Under the pieces are notes generated by a model that was not told the origin of the DNA, searched no databases, and was given only the letters and a program-made list of their open reading frames with translations. Positions 36,531-40,409 of a DNA stretch of 40,409 nt are shown one piece after another. Each line of letters opens with the position of its first letter. Positions within the stretch are counted from its first letter, which is position 1. Position numbers and translations under genes: made by a program. Source of the stretch: Asterionella formosa (Eukaryota); contig NKIB01014808.1 of NCBI GenBank assembly GCA_002256025.1, positions 1-40,409 of the forward strand, given 5' to 3'.

Positions 36531-37464
36531 TTAACCTGCCCGCTCTACCCACACTTTGACTAATGACTGTATCTACTAGCATGTGGAAAGGGTGTCAAAC
36601 CGTGAACGCTCCATATAGAATTATACAGCATATTTATTTTACTTGTGAAAAGTGTGTGTTTGATTACTTGGAATCAATATTATTTGTTACAGCCTAGCTT
36701 GAGCTAGGGGCTCTAATGTAAGAACCTAGTAGCAGTGATAATGATGATATGAGGAAAGACTTGATTTGAAAGAAACTGGCATAATGGAAGTCAAAGAAAT
36801 ATCCTTCAAGGCGGACAACCGATTGGTGAAGGTTTCAAGCAATGCTACAATCAACGTCATATCAGGAGGGACAAGGGAAGCAACAAATCGGTAATTCTAT
36901 GTACAATTGTAGCAATCATGGAGGAGTGGCAAAATGCGATTCTCAGATCGATTGTTTGGTGATAAAATATTTGAAATGCAATTGAATGCAAGTTGTCTAG
37001 CAAAAGGCCAGAAGATCCATCAGATTGACAAAGTGCTCCAGAACATATTATAGTCTCTAATCATGAATTCATATAGTATTGCTTTTTCATTAAACCAGTT
37101 TGCTTATTAGATCACTCATTGACACTACTACTAAAGCAAAGCACCAGAATAATTGATCAACTATTGATTTGACATCATTATTGCTAGTGGTTTTCTCATG
37201 CTTTATTGTGCTTGAGGGATATCTCCATGGCCACTTTTTCCAAAATACAAGACATATTAGGCAGTACAATTTTCAAAGAATTACTTTAGTAGCAAACACT
37301 AGTAATATTAAAAACAACAAAAATGTAAGTTGCCGATGGCTCATTTTTCATGTAATTTATAAATGCACAATTCAAAACAAAATTGTTACCAGCAGATTTG
37401 ACAATCATTTCACAGGACGAGCTGCACAATGAACATGATGAGGACTTACCAACAACATGATTAC

Positions 37465-37567
37465 TTGCTTACTTTTGCGTATTATGGCTTATTAGCTATG
37501 GCTTACCTGTGCTTACTATTGCTTACTTTGTTTGCTTCGGGCCGCCCCTCTATTGCCCCGGTCATTG
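37465..37567. repeat. Transposon-end-like motif, copy 1 (GCTTAC array plus TTTGCTTCGGGCCGCCCCTCTATT)
   Basis: GCTTAC at 37467, 37501, 37511 and 37521, followed by a 24-bp GC-rich motif that recurs with one mismatch at about 38960. Confidence 0.65.
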
Positions 37568-38939
37568 TTGTGTTTTCTTGACGTTTCCCTACTTTCAAGA
37601 ATAAAATTAGCACAAAACCTAGTATGTCACTGAGTGGTGATCACCATGCATACAGACGATTTTCAAGAGTGAATAGATGACGTTTTCTATGTAATTAAAC
37701 CCCTGTCCTGCGTCAGTCATCAATTTCAGCAAAATGACCGCAACTTGCAGGTATACCTCGCTTTTTACGCATCTTTTCCTTCAATTTTTTGCTTACAATG
37801 CTTTATTCTCTCAAACTCAAAAATCATTCTCCTTTTCTGGCCTAAGTGATGAAAAAAACCTAACTTAATCAATGGTTTTCAAAGTCATTGGGGTTGGAAA
37901 TTCGTAACTGCCAGCATCATCATAGCAACGACCCGATAAAACTATTATTAATTAGCTACTGGTATGTATTTTCAGTACGTATGCATGTATACTATTCACT
38001 ATACACTATATCGACTGTCAACTAATGAAGATAATAGTATACTGGTCCTGATGTTAGGTATACTGTATTGACTGTCTGACGACTAGGAGTACATATACGG
38101 TACTAGGTTAGTAAGATGAAGAAGACAATAGTATTCCGGTACCAGGGTACTTACTGGTAAGCAAACAATTTGAAATATCATCATCATCACGCTTCTATCA
38201 TTCCCATCTCACAATGACTCCATTTTGTGACGTCCATACAAGCAATCCAATCTAAGCTAATAAATAACTTGTTTCACATCTTTGTCTTAACTTAATCATG
38301 CTATTGCTTTATTCGTCTTTGTAGTCGTTGTACAGCTACTGTGAAAGTGTCATATCTGCTGATAGTAGCATCATCGTTTTGAACTGTGGTTCTATAAATT
38401 TCATTAAAAAATGCGCTGTCGGCTATTTCAATTTTCGTTGTCAATATTAGAGTTATTACAACCATTCTTTACGATTGTATTTTCTATATCGTCCTTAATA
38501 CATGTACCCAATAGCAAAGCGTCGTTCTCATTTTACATGGAGATATTTGTTTTTTTGTCATGGTCAGGCTGAGAGGACATGATGCATCATGCATACTCCA
38601 GCCGCTCACAACAACTACACAGTTACTCTGTAGTGCTATTATAGATAGAAAAGAATCAAATAATCTAAGAAAAATAATTATATACAAGCACTTACGAGTG
38701 CTATCTCCTCAGGTACTCTGAGCAGCGGCATGTGCAGCATAAGTCCAGCCACCAGCATGCATATGGCAGTATGATATAATAGTAATATCGGGTACAACTA
38801 ATTGTTCCATGTGATGATGCTAGCATGCAAATATTTCAAATCCTAATTGATATAGAACTCTCCATTATTAGTTGTTTTATGATCACTTCGGCCGAAAAAA
38901 AAAGAAGAATTTTGAGTTTGGAGAGAATAAAGCAACAAT

Positions 38940-39003
38940 GTAAGCAAGACTTGCTTACTTTTGCTTCGGGCTGCCCCTCTATTCTTGTCCCAGCCAGTCA
39001 TTG
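38940..39003. repeat. Transposon-end-like motif, copy 2
   Basis: Hairpin GTAAGCAAG-A-CTTGCTTAC followed by TTTGCTTCGGGCTGCCCCTCTATT...GTCATTG, in the same orientation as copy 1. Confidence 0.65.
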
Positions 39004-39289
39004 TCATCAATCAGATATAGGCGCACCCATTTCATTTGCCATCTCTGTACAATTCAATACCAAAACAAAATCTATATTGTTGCAAATGTGATTAACGTTC
39101 AGACACTAATTAAATCAATGTCGAAATATTTGTAAATATCGTTGTATATTATATGATGATGAGAACTCCAAACTTACCCTAATCCGTGTTCTCCATGTTT
39201 TTTTGGTCGATTAACTATTTCCGGCAATCTATAGAGATGAACAACTGACTCCAAATCTCAAACTAAATACATGGCTGACCAGCCTACAT

Positions 39290-39521
39290 TGTAGTGAAAG
39301 AGGGAACGATGGAGAAGGACGACGAGGACGAACGAGGACGAGGAGAGTTGTGTGAGTCGATTAACGAACCTGACAAGCTCAAAGAGAGTTTGGAAGGGGG
39401 TATGTTAAAAGAGTGATTAGATTAGTTTATCCGGACTAGAATAACGAGTCACACGAGTACACAATACTTCATGCGTCAGACAAAAAGATAGATGAGAAGG
39501 ACAGACTTGCGATTTATAACA
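39290..39521 (-). repeat. 3' LTR of the copia element (TG...CA, about 232 bp; alternative end at 39403)
   Basis: Begins TGTTATAAAT at 39521 immediately after the polypurine tract. Candidate ends are ...TTCACTACA (39290) or ...TTTTAACA (39403). The 5' LTR is outside the window, so the end is unconfirmed. Confidence 0.65.
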
Positions 39522-39535
39522 TCCCCCCGTCTTTC
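39522..39535 (-). other. Polypurine tract of the copia element
   Basis: Minus strand GAAAGACGGGGGGA directly abuts the TG of the LTR. Confidence 0.8.
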
Positions 39536-39577
39536 GAAGAAGAAAAAGAAGGAGAAAGAAAATGAAAGCAAGAGTTG

Positions 39578-40409
39578 TCAGAGGACGGAAGAAAATGGAT
39601 GAGCAAGAGCCCGATGACCAGCATCAAGGAAAGAATATCCCATCATGGTCATGCAGTGAGCACTAAGAGTAGCAAATGGTAAAGCTTTGGTGAAGTGGTC
39701 CGCATAATTGTGAGCAGATGACACACGGTGAAAAGAGACTCGACCATGGCGAACATGTTCCTGGAGAGCCTGTGTCTTAGTGGCTATATGACGAACATTG
39801 CGAGTGAGTTTGCCAGCATGAGCAATAATTTGTGCAGCTGTGTTATCTTCACCGATAGCAATAGGAGTGTGGTAAGGGAGAGACATGTCTTCCATATAAA
39901 TTCGTAGCCAGAGCACATGTTTAGATAATGTAGTAGCAGCATCTAGTTCAGCTTCTGTTGTATTGTAAGCAGTGGTACTTTGTTTGCGACACAATGTAAT
40001 AACAGCTGTACCATTGATCATGACTACTCCGCCAGAATAGGCAAGACGGTCAAAAACCGCCCCTCCAAAATTTGCATCGGCAAATCCCGTGGTGATTGGG
40101 GCTAAACCTTGGCTAGTTTTCACACCCGAAAAATGCTTCTGTTCCTGCAGAAGGTGAGGCAAGGTGATTGCATTAACATGATGAGTTTCAATCACTCCAC
40201 TAGTTGTCAGCTTACTAGGAATGTGCCAAAATGTTTGCTCTTTGTCAAACTGATGAGCTTCGACACTAATGACAGTGGGTTCGCCTAACCACGGAGCTGC
40301 TTGGCTGATGTGGGCAATAGAAATAACTGAACCACGTGGTATGTTTCGATTGAAAGTGAGAGGAAGGTCAGGATAGCGACGAAGATATTTGGCAATTTGA
40401 AGGAGTCCC
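39578..40409 (-). mobile_element. Ty1/copia retrotransposon pol C-terminus (end of RT plus RNase H), open to the window edge
   Basis: Uninterrupted frame from 40408: QIAKYLRRYPDLPLTF...GFADANFGG...CRKQSTTAYNTTEAE...EDNTAA...RHIATK...NYADHFTKAL. The RNase H D-E-D-D residues are intact, and PPT and LTR follow. Confidence 0.93.

Overview
Eukaryotic nuclear DNA, almost certainly from a diatom or related ochrophyte. The evidence is short GT-AG introns, an ASAFAP-type bipartite plastid presequence and diatom-type copia motifs. Intact host genes: tRNA-Lys(UUU), an LRR receptor-like membrane protein, nucleoporin Nup155/Nup170, SDHAF1 (LYR family), PSII assembly factor HCF136/Ycf48, a coiled-coil single-TM protein and a fused aconitase X. 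Between them lie many mobile-element remnants: two decayed copia fragments, a LINE 3' fragment, a tRNA-derived SINE-like element, a TTAA-flanked MITE and the 3' end of an intact-looking copia element. The most unusual region is a roughly 11.7-kb gene-dense but frameshifted block (about 13.4-25.1 kb). It carries a GNAT acetyltransferase gene, a Ulp1/C48-like protease gene, two unknown genes and periodic subterminal-type repeats, and may be the relic of a large cargo-carrying DNA element. Intergenic DNA is full of short GTAC/ACCGGT/CTAG palindromes, and at least one appears to be inserted into a recognisable motif. All calls come from reading the sequence by eye; no database search was run.
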